Origin: Ancylonema sp.
Taxonomy: Eukaryota
DNA length: 64,000 nt
Assembly: GCA_050230475.1 (NCBI GenBank)
Contig: JBFLGF010000160.1
Span: forward strand, 1-64,000
Reading direction: 5' to 3'
A program made the position numbers and the translations under genes. Positions 23,789 through 38,826 of the stretch are shown here, in pieces (position 1 is the first letter of the stretch; every line of letters begins with the position of its first letter). Under the pieces are notes generated by a model that worked only from the letters and a program-made list of their open reading frames with translations, did no database searches and was not told where the DNA came from.

Positions 23789-25795
23789 CACCTCTTTAAC
23801 GCAGCAGGCAGCCGTACAGGAGGTATGAGATGAGGTATGAGAAATCCGCTAATAAAGCATCCGACAGACCTAGCGAAATGGGTCTGGATTGCGAGCTCGA
23901 AGCTATGAACTCATAATTGGAGCCTGAAAAAAGTCGGTTGGAATTGTGGCGACGAAAGGAGCCCAAAGATGAGCTCTAATCCAAACCCGGACTCCGGATC
24001 GGAGCCTGGAGCCCGTCCAATTCATTAAAATAAAACAAAACAAAACAAAATAAATAGCATAACATGTGATAGGCGGACAACATGTCCCTTGTGCACCCTA
24101 AATGCAAAACCGATGATAATATCATTTTTCTACCTTTGCCATATTGTTTTAAGTTCCACAAGCTACATTTCAAATGATTTCGAGCGAAATTAAAAATTGG
24201 AGGACAAGACGTGAACCGTGTATGATCACATTAATAATTTACACCAGTGTGCTAGAAAACGAATACCAAGAGGGAGAATTTAGCAATCAAGGACCGAAAT
24301 ATGACGACCTTCCTACGGCTGATGCCTAGCAACAAGAAGTAACTCTTCCAACGAGAGCGACTCCCGCGGAGAAGGGGAAGGTCACAAATATATACCTTGA
24401 TCTTTTCGAAAGATTATCGCATGGATAGCATGACGTAAAAGACACGTTTTCGGAAGACACAAAGACACGTTTTCGGAACCATGTACCTAGCGAATTTGAA
24501 GAGTCCGCGAATCCACCATTGATCTACGCCACAAGATGGGCATGCATGACTAGAAACCGATGTCGTTATCGAATTCTTATATGTGATAGATGAAGATGAA
24601 TCTTTGGTAAATTCTCGCCTACGACAAAGCGCCGTACGTCTCTAGCACGAAAGTCATGAATTTGATCCCTCGTCCGACAAAATGATTCCTTATGGACCGG
24701 CAGATAGCATGTTCATGATGTGCAGACATGCGTGATGTGGAGTGTTGACACGAGGAACGAATCGTGACATGTTACTCTAATTGTGCACATTAAAGTGAAA
24801 TCATTCTGTATTTTTTGGCGGGAAAAATGTATCAACTTCGACAAGATATTTATACGAGTGATTGTACGAAAACTTAATATGGGGCGGTAGTTTTTCTATT
24901 AGATATAAAAACCTAATAAATGAGACAACTTCTACTGTACAGTATTGAATACCTTTGAGATGCAAGTTTTTTCCGCAATTGGTGTACACATTTTACATGT
25001 AAAGGTGATGATCAACGCCAAAACATGCTGATGGAGAACAATAGCACTAGTAAAATTTGTAAATATGTAAATTTGTGAATGGGTTCTCAAGTGGGAATCC
25101 ATCAAAGTGCAATTATGAGTCATATTTTCCCGGTAGCATTGCAATGTTTATGGGGGGGGGGGGGAAAGTGAAGTGTGACAACTTATGAATTACTTCAGAG
25201 TTTGAGCTCGGGTAGAAAATTTGCTCATGTACGGATATAGACGAATCACGTTTTCAACCATCATCTATCATTTAGAACAAAAACGAAAATTACGCGAAAC
25301 CCATGACATTACAATTCAGTACGAAATTTCGCAATGTCCGACACACGATGGCGGCCTTGTCTTTTGAGTCTCAAGAGAAACCTTCGGCGTTGGCCGAGAA
25401 GTCTGGCCCAGGTTCGCACAACACGCCGTACGTGTTGGAGACGGTACGTGTCCGACACGCCGTGCCGGCGTAATCTTGCCGCTATTGACATCCTATTGAC
25501 ATCCTATTGACATCCTTTTGGCCGTGTCGCGCCGTATCAGATACGGTACGCGTTCGACACGCCGTGTCGGGTGATTGGGGTGCCGACGCACACGATTCTG
25601 GGCTCGGAGCTCATAAAACTCCGAGGCTCGAAGCGCGACGTTGGTTTTTCAGGTTTTTGCCCGACTGTACGATTGACCGTGGCTGGAGTAACCTCCCGGC
25701 TCTCGACCTGGTAGTGAAGGAACGCAACCTGATACCCTTGTGCATGGTGATCAAACCCTGTCCGAAACTGTGCCGAGTGTCTGCCAGGTGCCCCG

Positions 25796-26210
25796 ATGGT
25801 AGATGTCCAGCTGGCAGGTCGAGGTGAAAGTGAAGACGAAGGTCTGTTGGAGGAGGCACCAACACCGATTGTACGGGAAGAATCTGCATTGAAAGCTGCA
25901 TACCGGTCAGAGATAGCAGTGAAACGCGCCCAGATTCTGTTACTCCTCATCGTCCCCGTCAGCGTTTTCTTCATACTGTGGCAGCTGTTTGACTCTAATG
26001 CCAATTTGTTGGGAGGCCAAAGAGCCTCCAACCACACGGTCCTCACCGTCGCAGGTGAGAGGTCGTGCGAGAATTTTCGGTAATCTGGAAGCCCATGCTT
26101 CAGGATTCACAGACGGGATACAGATTGTTGTCTCCAAATTTGAAATGGTGAACTTTACTGGTGGTTGCTCAAACCGAAAGATGATCAGCAGTCGTGCAGC
26201 AGGGGTTTAG
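25796..26210 (+). CDS. Hypothetical small single-pass membrane protein (possibly a 5' gene fragment)
   Basis: ATG 25796 opens MVDVQLAGRGESEDEGLLEE...RAQILLLLIVPVSVFFILWQLF (TM), followed by donor gcag|gtgaga at ~26054. The second exon (to ~26210) is tentative. Confidence 0.4.
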
Positions 26211-27229
26211 CACATTCATGAAAATAGCTGCGATAAGTGAAGCTTTTGGGGAAGGAAATGGAGAATCTTCGAAGTTGCCCAAGTGATAATCATCGATGGT
26301 GCCTCTACTACTCATATAATGCTTCGTGATCATGTCAATGTCTTATCTTCTGAGCTGCCGAATTGCAGAGTATACGAGTCAACTACAACAAAACCTTGGA
26401 GATGCGACAAGCAACGACACCTTAGTGCCTTGAGATCCACCAAAAGATATAAATTACTGCATTTGCCTTCCGCTCTTTGTGTTCCGTTTGTATTTCAGCT
26501 CTCGCGTTACACGTAATGCAGTAGCTTCAAAGGAGCTCTTACAAGAAAGCATGTATGTATCCTTGTAAACGGGGCGAAGTAGAGGTTCAAGTATTCAAAT
26601 TTGTAGCCTTTGTACTGTTGTGGTACTTATATGTGTATTTTGTACATTGAATGTTAAGAGTTGAATAGATGTTAACACACAAGAGACGTGTTGTTTTGAT
26701 GTACCATCGTGAAACAATGATTAGGTTGTTTCCGATTTGTACACCGAAGTTTTGGTTTTGTGCCGGTGCAAGGATTACCATGATTAAAGAATTGAGGCAT
26801 ATTCAAACTTCCAACCAATCAAAAGATTTTGTGATCCGACACCATGCATCAAATGCTAGTTAGAGAAACACATGCACTTAGGGCACATTTAATGCACACA
26901 TGCACACATGCACACATGTACGATCACTCGTCTGATGCACAACACACGGATATTGTCTGCAAAAGCTTTAAAACGATGATGCATTTATTCAGCCTTTGTC
27001 CCGCAGTTGAATCAGGGGTGTTGGTTACTATCGAGAGGGGGTGTTACGAAGAGGTGTGCAAAAGTGCAATAGTCCAAGAGGCAAAAACGAGCAAACAACA
27101 AGCAAGACAACAAGCAAAAGTCGAAATACGCATATCATGTGCATACTATTTTAGGCCTCCGTATGCTCACGCGTGCACTACGCGTATCTTCTACAAAGAC
27201 ATTTTATTGGTGTGGGCAATGCCAACACT

Positions 27230-27458
27230 CATAGTTGCGCCCCGGACGTGAGGATCCCGGACGGTCCCGGACGCAACTAAGCTGCAAAAAAAATTAAAAT
27301 GTATTCATCCTGAAGTCACACAAATATGGGGGTTCCAACAATATGGATATCAGATTTTGGCTGAGACGTCCGGGTCCGGGACGCGTCCCACACGCGTCGG
27401 GCCCGAATGCGTCCCGGACGCGTCCGGAGATCCCCGGACGGTCCGGGACGCAACTATG
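27230..27458. mobile_element. hAT-like MITE (229 bp) with 8-bp TSD
   Basis: TIR CATAGTTGCG...CGCAACTATG; flanks CCAACACT (27222-29) and CCCACACT (27459-66); subterminal ccggac repeats. Confidence 0.85.
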
Positions 27459-28562
27459 CCCACACTTACTCTTGACCCTTTTGGTGAGGTGGAAAAATCT
27501 AGCACATCATTGATGCTTGAAATCAATCAATCACGACGAACCATGTGATAGTGAACAAAAACTTGTTTTCGTTCTTGTTTCGAAAGTTGCTTTGTACGTG
27601 TAGAAGGAGTAGCGCTCCAAACAGATTAAGTAACCTTATTATAATACTCCTTGATCGAGTGAAACTTATAATTGTACTTTGTACTCATATTATGTACGCT
27701 TGTGCGCTGCATGCATCAATTAGTGGTGCAACCTATGAGAGCAAGCCATCAAGATTTTATTAGACTACCATGTCATTGTTTGTCTTGCTGAATGCAGGTG
27801 CGGTAGAAGTGTCGATTGAAAACAGACGCACTTGCAAAGGTATTTTGACATCGAGTCGATAAGGGCGACGTTACCTTATCAAACGTTGTTTCAAATTTAT
27901 TGTGTGAATAGTTTTGTACACCAAAGATCATAACACTCGAAAGTTGATGTATTTTTGGCGTAGGCGAAAAGTTATTCAGACTACATCCATACATTTTGTA
28001 TGGACTTGGGTCAACCTTGGTGCATACGGACATTTAAAATCAATATTGTTGGTGAAAAACAATTCAAATAGATAGCCACACTTCCCTTCTCCATATGTCC
28101 ATTGCAATATTTGGTCATTATTTGTGTCATTACGGGGAGAGAAACAAAACTTAGTAGCAATAACTGGTCACTTCCTTTTCCACATACATGTGAAAACGAT
28201 CAAGTACGACACTTTTTTCAGATACGGGTACACTGGTAAACCAATAGACATGTATGTGCATCCAAACAACTTATTCCTATAACTCCACCACACTACCCAA
28301 ACCCGACTATCGAAAACAACCTCACATCTTACAACGGTAATCACAGAGCGACCACATAAATTCACCATCACCTCATGCATGTGCTTCTCTATTTGCCCAT
28401 ATATTCAACCTGAATGTCGTACAACATTTGTTTGTTGTCATGTACGAGCCAAACCATGGATAAAAAGGGTTCAAAGACACAAGGCCCTTCCTCATCACAC
28501 CTTCCTCAAGTCCAATACAACTTACAAAAACACTTCCCTAGTCAGAGCACTAACTCAAACCC

Positions 28563-31500
28563 TTACACCGCTTCAGCCCCCACCCTCGAGCGCCTCAAGC
28601 TGTCAGAAGAGGCCAACGAATCCTGGGGCTCAGACGGGCTCATCGCACTCACTGCACCAACCAGGGTTCCAAAGCAGGGCAACAAGGGTAATATGAGCGT
28701 CCCATTTGTGTCCGACTTCAAACAACCACACACCGTTTCGACCAACTCAAAAGCAATTTCTCACAAACGGCAGGACCCGCAATTTCTCACTTTCTGTTGT
28801 GTGCACTGGCGGTGAAGGGTGCCGCCCCCCCCACGGCCGTCGGATATTGGGGAGGAACTCCAGCAAGGGGGTCTTTGGCACGGGGATAAATTTCAGCAGA
28901 GCTCCTATAGGTAAACTGTGGAAATCCAAAAAGGAAGATCAGGGTGGTGATGGTGAGGGTGGGGGTCTTTTGTGTTCCCATTCCCAGTTTCGTTTTTTTA
29001 TTCATTGCCCCTTTTTTTGGTTTCTTTTTCGGGGGGGAAGGAGGTCGACGTGCACGGAATAAGGCATGAAAGGTCAGAGCATAATACAGCTCCTCTTCTC
29101 CTTTTTGGGTCACCATTTTTTCAAGTTGTTTATAGATGTGATTTTCTTTTCCAATTCTCATTTTTCTTTCATTCTTGTGTGGAGGGGGAGGGGAGAAAAA
29201 ATAAAAAAACGAATGTCACTTGACAGTGTTGCTTCTTACACGACGGCCCCGAGGGCTATGTTGATGGCCCATTGCTCAAGGGTTAGTTTGGTTGTGGAGG
29301 CGAAGTTTCTGAGAAACTCCACGATTACAATCTGCACACGGCACACGACCAGATTCCATACATACACTCAGAATGGAAAAGGCAATGGCATCAATCGCTC
29401 ATGCTTTTTACAGAAGGGGAAGTGGGTTTGTGACCTGAAACACCACTGAGATGGCGATGACGATACAGAAGAGGCGGTTGGTGAAGATGCCCGAAAACAC
29501 ATTGAACTGGTTCAGTCTCCTGGAATTGATTTCGTTGAACACCTGTCATCGCAGTTCCCAACCCCACACCACCTTCCCCATCAGATAACCGCCCAGGTAA
29601 CCGCCTCGGGAGCTCAGCATGTATCCAGAGGGAGTGTGGGACTCTTCACCTGGCAGAAGACAAAGGTGTTGAATATAATTGTGTTATTTGTGAGAACTGG
29701 GTCCGGATAGTTTTGCAGCTTCCAGATGGCAATGCCATCAAACTGGAAGGTGAGGAATAGCGCCAGCTGGTACAGACCCTGTAACGTGGGGGGACGAACA
29801 AAAAGGTCAGAAAATAGAAAGAGAGGGAAAATTAAAGGTACAACTATAATATAATTTAACAAATAATTTATATATATATTTTTTTTTTTTTTTTTTTTTT
29901 TAAAGTAAAAAAAAGTAGTTATGTTTCAGCTCCCCTTCACCGCCCCCCCCTCCTTCCCCCCCCCCCCGCCCCCCCACTCCCCCCTCCCTACCACTCCAAA
30001 AATATTCCTCCACATAATATTCGATATGAGTGGCGACCTCCTCCCCACCGGGGCCTGTTCCATCAAGTCGTCCGTGGGCTGCTCTGTCGCCAACGCCAGC
30101 GCGCCAAGTGTGTCCATGACCAGGTTCACCCACAGCAACTGGACAGCTGTCAGCGGCACAGTGCCCCCCGCGCACGCGGCCACAAAGTTGACGGTCAACG
30201 CCACAATGTTGACCGTGAGCTGGAACTGAATGAACTTCTGGATGTTGGCGTACACGGAGCGGCCCCAGCGGACCACCTGCGCAGGTGGGGGGAAGGGGGA
30301 GAGGGAGGGGGGGGGGGGGAGGGTTGGGAGGTGAGTGACCAAATGGTGATACACTAAAATCTGATTGTGAAAAACTGAAAAGGCTCGCGCAAATTATTAC
30401 TCCATCCCCTGCCTCCTGTGCATCCTTAAATTCTAAGTAATATTTCTTAGTAACTGATCATCAGGTCATATGATCGATCATATGCAATAAATTATATGTA
30501 ATTAATTATATGTACGAATAAAAATTCCAGAAGGGCCTAAAAATAAGTATCTTAAACATCGTCTTTTCTCCAAACGTCATCATCCTCATCATCATCATCC
30601 TTGGTTTTAGTGTCGCAGTGTTGTACTCCCCCAACTGACCTTTACGATGGACTGGAAGTTATCGTCCAGAATGACGATATCCGAGCTTTCTTTTGCCACC
30701 TCCGTCCCTGCAATCCCCATGGCAAGACCAATGTCCGCCTGCACCAACAGCAGAGCGACACGTCAGTAGCTGTACGGTGACGTGGCGCGTCTATGAATCC
30801 GTCTGCCGGCAGGTTGTCTCTGTGGCGCTATAGAGGAGGTGTTGATACAGGGGTGCTATCCGCGTGATGGTTTGGTAGCTGTTGGCAGAAGAAGAGATAG
30901 CGACAGAGGGGATGGGAGGACAGGAAAGTACAGAATCGGTTGCAAGGCATGTCAGAACCCAGGTGGCTGGACCAGGGCACGATCCAGGGCACTTGTACGA
31001 GGGACCTTATCCCAGATGGGTTATACAACAAACCACTCGAATTCTTAACAGGATCTGCGTGTCTCCTATCAAAATCCTCCCATTGCCTCTGACAACCCAA
31101 CTCTGTCACCCTACAGCGTCTTTGCCCCGTGTTTACCTCATGCAGCGCTGGCGCGTCATTGGTCCCATCCCCCGTGACTGCCACCACCTCCCCCATCTGC
31201 CTCAGCATCTTCACCAGCAGGTGCTTGTCCGTGGGGGAGGAGCGAGCCATGACCTGAACCACAACAAACCACACGGGGACATGTAAGGGGGAGAAGGAGA
31301 GGTAGATGGAACGCGGACCAGTAATTTCCCACCCTACTGCCAACTTTTTTTTTTACAACGAAGTCCCAACCATAATATCCAAAATTTACCGAACAGATCT
31401 ATCTATCTATCCACATATCTACCTACCTACCTCTACTTCTATCAATCTACATCCGTAATTTGAAACACTTGGCAAGGTGGTGCTTGTCTCACATCAATGT

Positions 31501-34500
31501 TAGGGATAACCGCCAGCATTTCTTCTTCACTCAGCACCCTGAAATCCTTTCCTTCGATGATCACGCCCGAGGGTGTGAGGATGCCGCACTCGCCTGCGAT
31601 GGCCTGAGCAGTCTTGGGGTTGTCCCCCGTAACCATGCGAACCTGAAGCGCCGTGAAGAAAGGACTCGTTTAGGATTGGCTCTCTCTCGCTCTCCCTCTC
31701 TCTCTCCCTCTCCCTCTCACTCTTCTTTCCTCGCATTTGAAGCCTACCCCTTAGAGAAACCTCCCCCCGTTGATTTATATCTTGTCTACCTTGAATGTTC
31801 CTCTCTCGTCCTGCCAATGGAGATCCACAGGTAGTACTGAATGCTTTCCAAAGCAACCAAACTTAAAATAATACACTACCCTCGAGGTACACCTTCTCCT
31901 CCCCCCCCCCCCCCCCCCCAACCTTCACTCCCGCCGCCTGACACCTTGCCACGGCTTCCGGTACACCTGGACGACACGGGTCCTGCAAACACATGGACAG
32001 AACAGTAAGACCCTCTTGATATAACAACAACAAGTTTTGATACAGCAGTCGCAGTCGCACCCCCCCCAGCGATTTCTCACTTTGATTCCCACGATCGCTA
32101 GCAGTATGAGGTCGTTTTCTGGCAGCTCCCATTTCGACCTGTCCTCGCACACTTCAGTCGCTGCAAGCGGTCGGTATCCGAAAGCGATACATCGCAGACT
32201 GGCCCCTGCCATGTCATCCAGAAGCTTCTGCATCTGCTCCTTCTGCAGTCCACGACAGGCACCCACCACATGTTAGAAAGAAGAAGAAAGAGGGGAAGAA
32301 GAATGAGAATGAAAATGAGAATGAGAATGAGAATGAGAATGAGAATGAGAATGAGAATGAGAATGAGAATGAGAATGAGAATGATAATGAAAATAAGGAT
32401 AAGAATGAGAATAGAGGAGAACAAGTGTGAGCAAAAGCACAGGAATATGATATCATTATTGGGCCAAAAAAAAAAACAAAAAAACAAAAAAAACAAAAGA
32501 AAACTCCAGAATTCTACCACCCTCGAAACCCCAAAATAAAAACATCTCCGAAAAAAATTCCAAACCCTGACACCCCAAAACTCCAAAGCCCTAGAGTGTT
32601 CAAAACCAAACCTCATCTTCCCCCCCCTACCCCTTCCGCAGTAAACTGCCTCAGCTCCCCGTTCTGATCCGCTGTATGGGTGCAGTTGGCCAGAATCATT
32701 TCGGCCGCCCCCTTCCAATGGACCACCTGAAGGTCGTCTGCTAACCGGGTGGCCACACCCGCTCTCTTTTTGGTGGAATTGAAAGCCTCCAGCGTTAAAA
32801 TCTCGCTCTCGGCCTTAGCAGCATTGAAGTCCATACCCATCTGATACCCCAACCCCCAACCCCCAACCCCGTATATTCCAACCCCTTCAGAGACTACTTC
32901 AAATACATGATCGAAACAGCGGAGAGAAACGAATATATCTACCTATCTTCTGTATCTTCCTTTTTTATATTATTATCATTATTTCGGCCTAGGCGAGGGG
33001 CAAAACAGGGAGGTGCAAGCTCAGAGGGGCTTTTCATTTTTTTGCGAATTATCAACCTTTGGTTGGTATGGTTCTGACCTTGAGGCCCCAGTTGATGAGG
33101 GCCGTTTCGGTTGGGCTGGCGGTCACTTCGGTAGCAGTCCCATCCTGAAGAAGAATAGAAGAAGAAGAATAAGTACCCCGCACACACTCGCTCACCCTCT
33201 CCACCCTGGCCCTCCCCTAAAAAAAATCCCACTCATAAACTCCCCTTCAATACAAATCCCGTCTTTTCTCATACCTTCGGCACATACACGCTCGCCATAC
33301 TGTTCTGCGCCACCGCGTCAAACAAAATCTGCTTCGTCCTGGGGCTGATCCTGGTGATGTCCGTGTCGTCCTCCAAGGCTCCCAGGGTCCAGCTCTTCAC
33401 CCCCACCATCTTGTTCATGGTCAGGGTACCCGTTGTGTCGCTGCAGATGGTGGTGGCAGACCCCATGGTCTCACACGCTGCCAGGTGGCGGACCAGGGCC
33501 TTGTCGTTCATCATCTTGCGCATCGAGTACGCCAGGCTGGAGGGAGAAACCCCCGACAAACCCCGAAGAAAAACGGACAATTTCAGCTGGGTAGTGGGTC
33601 CCGGAACGGGATCGGGGAGCGAATTGACATCGTTCACCAGCCCGGCTCCCTACACCATGAAGTCAATATCTGTATCTGTCCTTTAACCCGAATTTCTCCC
33701 AAGATCTTACGTGAGTGTGACGGCCAATGGGAGGCCTTCGGGCACCGCCACGACTATAATAGTGACCTGAAGGGGGGGAAGGAGAAGACAATCGCAAATC
33801 AAAATCAGGCTATCTGCCACGTGTACGGCCCTCACCAAAGCAGCACATCCTTTCCCCCGCCCCCCATTACTCACCGCAATGGAGAATATGTCCACCACGT
33901 CTTTGATGACCTTGGACGCCCCCTTGTGCTTGTAGTCCACAAAGTATCGAACAATGAGGATGATGAACACAAGGACAGCAACCCCAAGTCCTACTAGACC
34001 GATACTCGTGGCAACACCATTCAGCCGCACCTGAACCCAAGCAACCAACCAGGCATCAAGATGGGGCAAAGGATGCACCGCCTTCGATTCGAACTGCCAC
34101 TCGAGCAAGTACAATATCTCTATACATTGAAGCCTGTCCTGAATAATACTGTTCTACTCAATAACCTGTCTTATATGATAACCTGTCTTATCTGATAACG
34201 TGTCTTATTCCGCCCGATTTCGGGTCACCACCCCAGAATTCTGGGCTGCCGTGTCAATCAATAACCTGTCTTAAGTAATGAGTTTTCCCACTCCCGAAAG
34301 TATACATCAAGACAGGTTTTCCTCTATGTACTCCATTCTCCTTCCTCTCACCTGCAGTGGCGTCTCCTCATTGTCGTCTTCACTGAGTGTGGCCATGATA
34401 CGACCCCACTCGGTGTTGGTACCCACGCCCGTGATCTGACCACCCCCCCAAACCCAACCACCAGACCTAGTCAGGACTACCGGACAGTATCTACAGAGAC

Positions 34501-37500
34501 AAGCATCCGAATCAGGTGCGGGGACCATAACCGTAACCATATCCATAACCATGATTGTAACCACATCCTTGACCTTAGCCGTAACCGCAACCACTGACCA
34601 TGACTGAACCGAAGCCGTCCACCACTTTGCATCCGGACAGCAAGAAGGGGTGCTGACTGTCCTTCCGTTTCTGAACCCCACAAAAACCCCGAATGAGTAC
34701 TAGCTCAGCTTCCCAGAGGACTGTCAAGTTGTGTCCGTTGCCAGGTGGCACTCACCGGTTGGCTCTCCCCTGTCATGCTGGACTCGTCGATGACTAATGA
34801 TTGGCTGGAAATGACGACACTGTCTCCCGGCACCTGGGCCGTCATTGGAGGGTTGAGTTCCTTGTTCTGGGCTCATCAAGCAGCTCATAGATGAGCCCAA
34901 CCCCGATCTGCGCTTTCTTACCTGATCTCCAATATGGAGGGGCACCACATCCCCGACAACGAGGTCGAAAATGGACACGGACGTCATCCGTCCGTTCCTC
35001 ATGACCTGGGCCCCACCCCAAAATAGGATCAGGAACGAAACCTAGTGCCTTTCCAGCTGTTTCCTTGTGCAAGTGCTGAATTTAAGTATGAGCCCCGAGC
35101 CCATCACGACCTCCCCCCTTCTAACCCTTTTTAACCCCTTGTATACTTTTATTGAACCTCACCTTCAATTGGATGTTCGCTTTCTCTGCACTCAAGTCCC
35201 GGAACTGCAATGACTGTCTGTAGTCACTGATACCTGGACACAGGGGGGGGGGAAATGAAAACATTTCGTCAAACAATACCGTCGCTTCGATACAACAGGA
35301 AGTGGTGTTATGAGGAGACACCGACCTGTGACGAGTACGACCAGGATAACCGCAAATCCGATACCCGCCCCGTCGTACCACCCGCTAGCCACATCCTGCC
35401 CCCAGCAGACAAACACGCACGGCTTTGGTACCACCGGGGGACACGGGGGTCCAAATAGAATCATACAACTGGCATCATACTAAGATGCACATATATACCA
35501 CTGCTCATGTATTGCAAGAGTGTGGTTGTAAGGGGTAGGAAGACATGCCACCCCACCTGCACCATTCCCGCCACCAGCGATATGACTCCGCACACCATGA
35601 GGATAATGAGGGTGGTGTCTTGGCAGGCGTCCCACAAGAAACTCTGAAGAAACCACAGGGAAGAGGGGGGGGACTCAGGGGGGGGGGGGGCGACTGTACA
35701 ACTACTCTGTATGTCCATTGAGCACAGAACTGGTACTCATCGACTCGACCACCGCACAGAGTGGGCGTGGGGGCCATGGCTTGTAGATTCTCCACCCGGT
35801 ATTGATGGTTCTTCACCCGTCCCTTTTCCGCAGACTTTGCTATTCAACCCCCCAGCGCAACAGAGACCTCCATCTCTTCCTCCCATCTTTTCACTACCCC
35901 CCCCCCCCCCATACTGCAGTCCCTCTCTCATCCCTCCCACCCCCTTCGCAACCCGACACCTGTCTCGCTCCAGAAGGAACTCACCCAGAAGGACTTGCCC
36001 GCTTTTTCGGGATATCTATTTTCCCCAAACGCCTCCCTGCGCTTTGCTAAGTCCTGATCCGACCCTCGGATGCCAACCTGAGGGTTCACGCTGAGGGATT
36101 TGGACAAACCTCTCAACTGCACCACCAACCAGCCCCCCTCCCATCTTCAACAATCCGTTCAGTTACTCATGTGCGGCTGTCAGTCACTCGATCATCAGAA
36201 AATAAAATTCTGTGCCGTGCCATTGTGTGTCTTCACCCTTTTTGACCGACGAAAAATCAAAACGAGGTTTCGGGTTTCTGCCCATGTGCACAGCCTCACG
36301 TCCTTCGTACCTCCCATCCCTTTGCTTGATCGGAAGATACAGTACCCAATATGGACAGATACCCAATGGAAGGTTATCATATCAACAATCAAATTCAATA
36401 TACTCTGATTTATATTGTAACATCGGCGACGACTTCTGTCAAAAACAAACACCCTTGTCAATGCCAACTATACGGGTTGTGCGTGAGCCCCAATAATCAT
36501 CACTATACATTTTCTTATATAGACACCCCTATCGAATATTCTACTCCATCCCGAATCAATAACCAGCTGCATCCTAAATATCTCCCACATCCACCTGTCT
36601 TCTTGTACCCTGGGCCCCTACCAAATAATGCCTAAAATTTGGATTCGCTACAAGACCACCCCCCCCCCCCCCCCTGCCCCCATACCCCTCCATGCATCTC
36701 CAACGCCTTCATATTGGCCTCTCCATTTAACGCCGTCAGCTCTTGCAGTGACACCAAATACACCTTCCCAGAAAAGTCGTCTTCCTCTGGGCCCCGCATG
36801 AAAATTCATGTCAGAAATTGCCTCGCAGCTGCCTAGAACCTGCCTGGCAGCTGCCTAGAACCTGCCTGGAACATGTCTGGTACACCTCGAATTGCGAGAG
36901 AGAGAGAGAGAGAGCACATGCATGGCTGTAGACACATAGGGTCGGCGACAGCTTGAAGGCCGTGTGCGATTGCTAACTAATATATATCAACAGATTCATG
37001 TTGACTCAGCACTTTTCCCTATTCTGCATTACCCTGGACGCCCAAGAGTCGGATCTAGATTGAGCAGCGACTTTTTTGCTAGAAGATCTCCTTACCATCC
37101 AGCTGGTAAAGCTTTGCCCTCTCTCCGGCAGTTTTAAACCGATTGATTGCCTGCAATGAAGGTCCACGGTATCAGCGACGACTGCCAGAATATATCGATA
37201 TTGAAACAACACACTCTGAAGACAGTATGCTCTCTAAAAATGACGAAAAGAAACCGCACAGCAGGAAAAGCGCTCCGATTACTGGCCACAATGTGTGACA
37301 CGTTCAGGTTTCTATTTCCTTCGTTGTTCGTTATTCAGTCCTTTACTCACTGCAGAACGCGTAATTTTAGGAAGTGGCGAACAGATTGTGAAGGATTACG
37401 TTGGTGAAATGGAAGGAAGATCTGTACGTTTGACGTCTGACATATTTTTCCTCGTAACGAGATAGCCCGCTTACCATCACCGCATGGCCAGATTTCCGAA

Positions 37501-38021
37501 ATTTGTGCAATTTCTTCGCATACTTGTCGACCTCTGTGATCTCGCGGCCCTTTCCTAATCCCTCTACACACTTGGTGGTATACCGGAACCGCCTGGCCGC
37601 ATTGAGAGCTAGAGTGGCTTTCTGAAACCAGAAAATCAAATGAACAGAGTCGCGAAGTCAACGTTGCATTCAGGGCGATAGAATGCCGTCGAGGCCCTGT
37701 TCTGTTGCGCAAGAATGCTTTTAATTGATTTGAAGACACGTATTTTGCCCTAGTGCACAATTCATATTCCATACACTTCGGACACGCAGCATTATCGTCT
37801 CCAGAAATATACGGTACTCCATAAGTCTTCCGACGTACAAGCTTCGCCACAAAAAAATAAAGTAAATGGAAAAGGGTTGAACAAATAGAAATCTTCGATT
37901 GTCGTCTTTTCATCCCGCTTCGTTGGTTTTCAAAAGCACTTACCCGCCATCGCATCAACGCCTCCTTGTTTGCTTTGGGCGCAATGTTAAAAACATCTTT
38001 CTTTCCTGGCTCCTTCTCCAT
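28563..38021 (-). CDS. ACA: Autoinhibited P2B-type Ca2+-transporting ATPase (ACA8/9/10-like), more than 25 exons
   Basis: N-terminal calmodulin-binding [55 protein letters not shown][T][66 protein letters not shown]. 3' end is either the stop at 28747 or, via one more intron, 28563. Confidence 0.95.
32300..32410. repeat. (GAGAAT)n hexanucleotide microsatellite in an ACA intron
   Basis: Perfect atgaga tandem run. Confidence 0.95.
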
Positions 38022-38826
38022 CGCGATGCTACAGGAGGCAGCTCAGAAGAACACGGCGGTTGATCCGAAATTACTGCTTCTGGGCCGACTATTTAGCGGA
38101 AGATTTCAATTGCAAGGCCACGGCCGTTCGGACTCGCCAGCCCACACAGACCACCTTGACAGCAAAATCCAGCTACAGGTTCAACAAACGAAGATAGACA
38201 GGACAGGATTCCACCTCTACCTCGGCGCAGAGAGGCTCTAACCAACCCACAGTCTTGCAATCCACGCCGCCTGATGAAAGAATCTGGGAGCGCAAACCGC
38301 GTCAGGTGGTGAGTTGCCGCCCAGGAGATGCGGAGCAATTTCCCGTGAGAACGCTAATAGGCGCGTGATCCTTTCACGCGTGCACAAACTCGGGACATAA
38401 ATGACATACGTGGCAAGGCGTAACGGGCGGAAGTTTCCACACGCCTGCATGCGCACCCGGTGCCGTACGATGAGGAAATCGACAGAAAGCTGACTAGGCT
38501 ACACGACAAATCTAGGCCCGGATGACTGTTGTATTTATAGCCAATCACCGACGATCCTGGAAGGCGTTGATTGGCAGCAGCCAAAGAAATGGGGCCAGGT
38601 AGATAAAGTGCATTCTGAGTAGTACGGCCCTTCCAGCCATGCTCGTTACGAGCTGCAAAATTCAGGCACTTGTTGGTCAAATCGTAGCTGCGCTACTGGT
38701 AACCCGCGACGTGATGTCACCTCCTTTAGGATGACACCTCCCTCTGGGCAACTATCCACCGACACAGATTCTACGCGCACCAGGTGTAACCCTTCAGGAT
38801 TTTGTCGAATTTTCGTGTCACCACTA

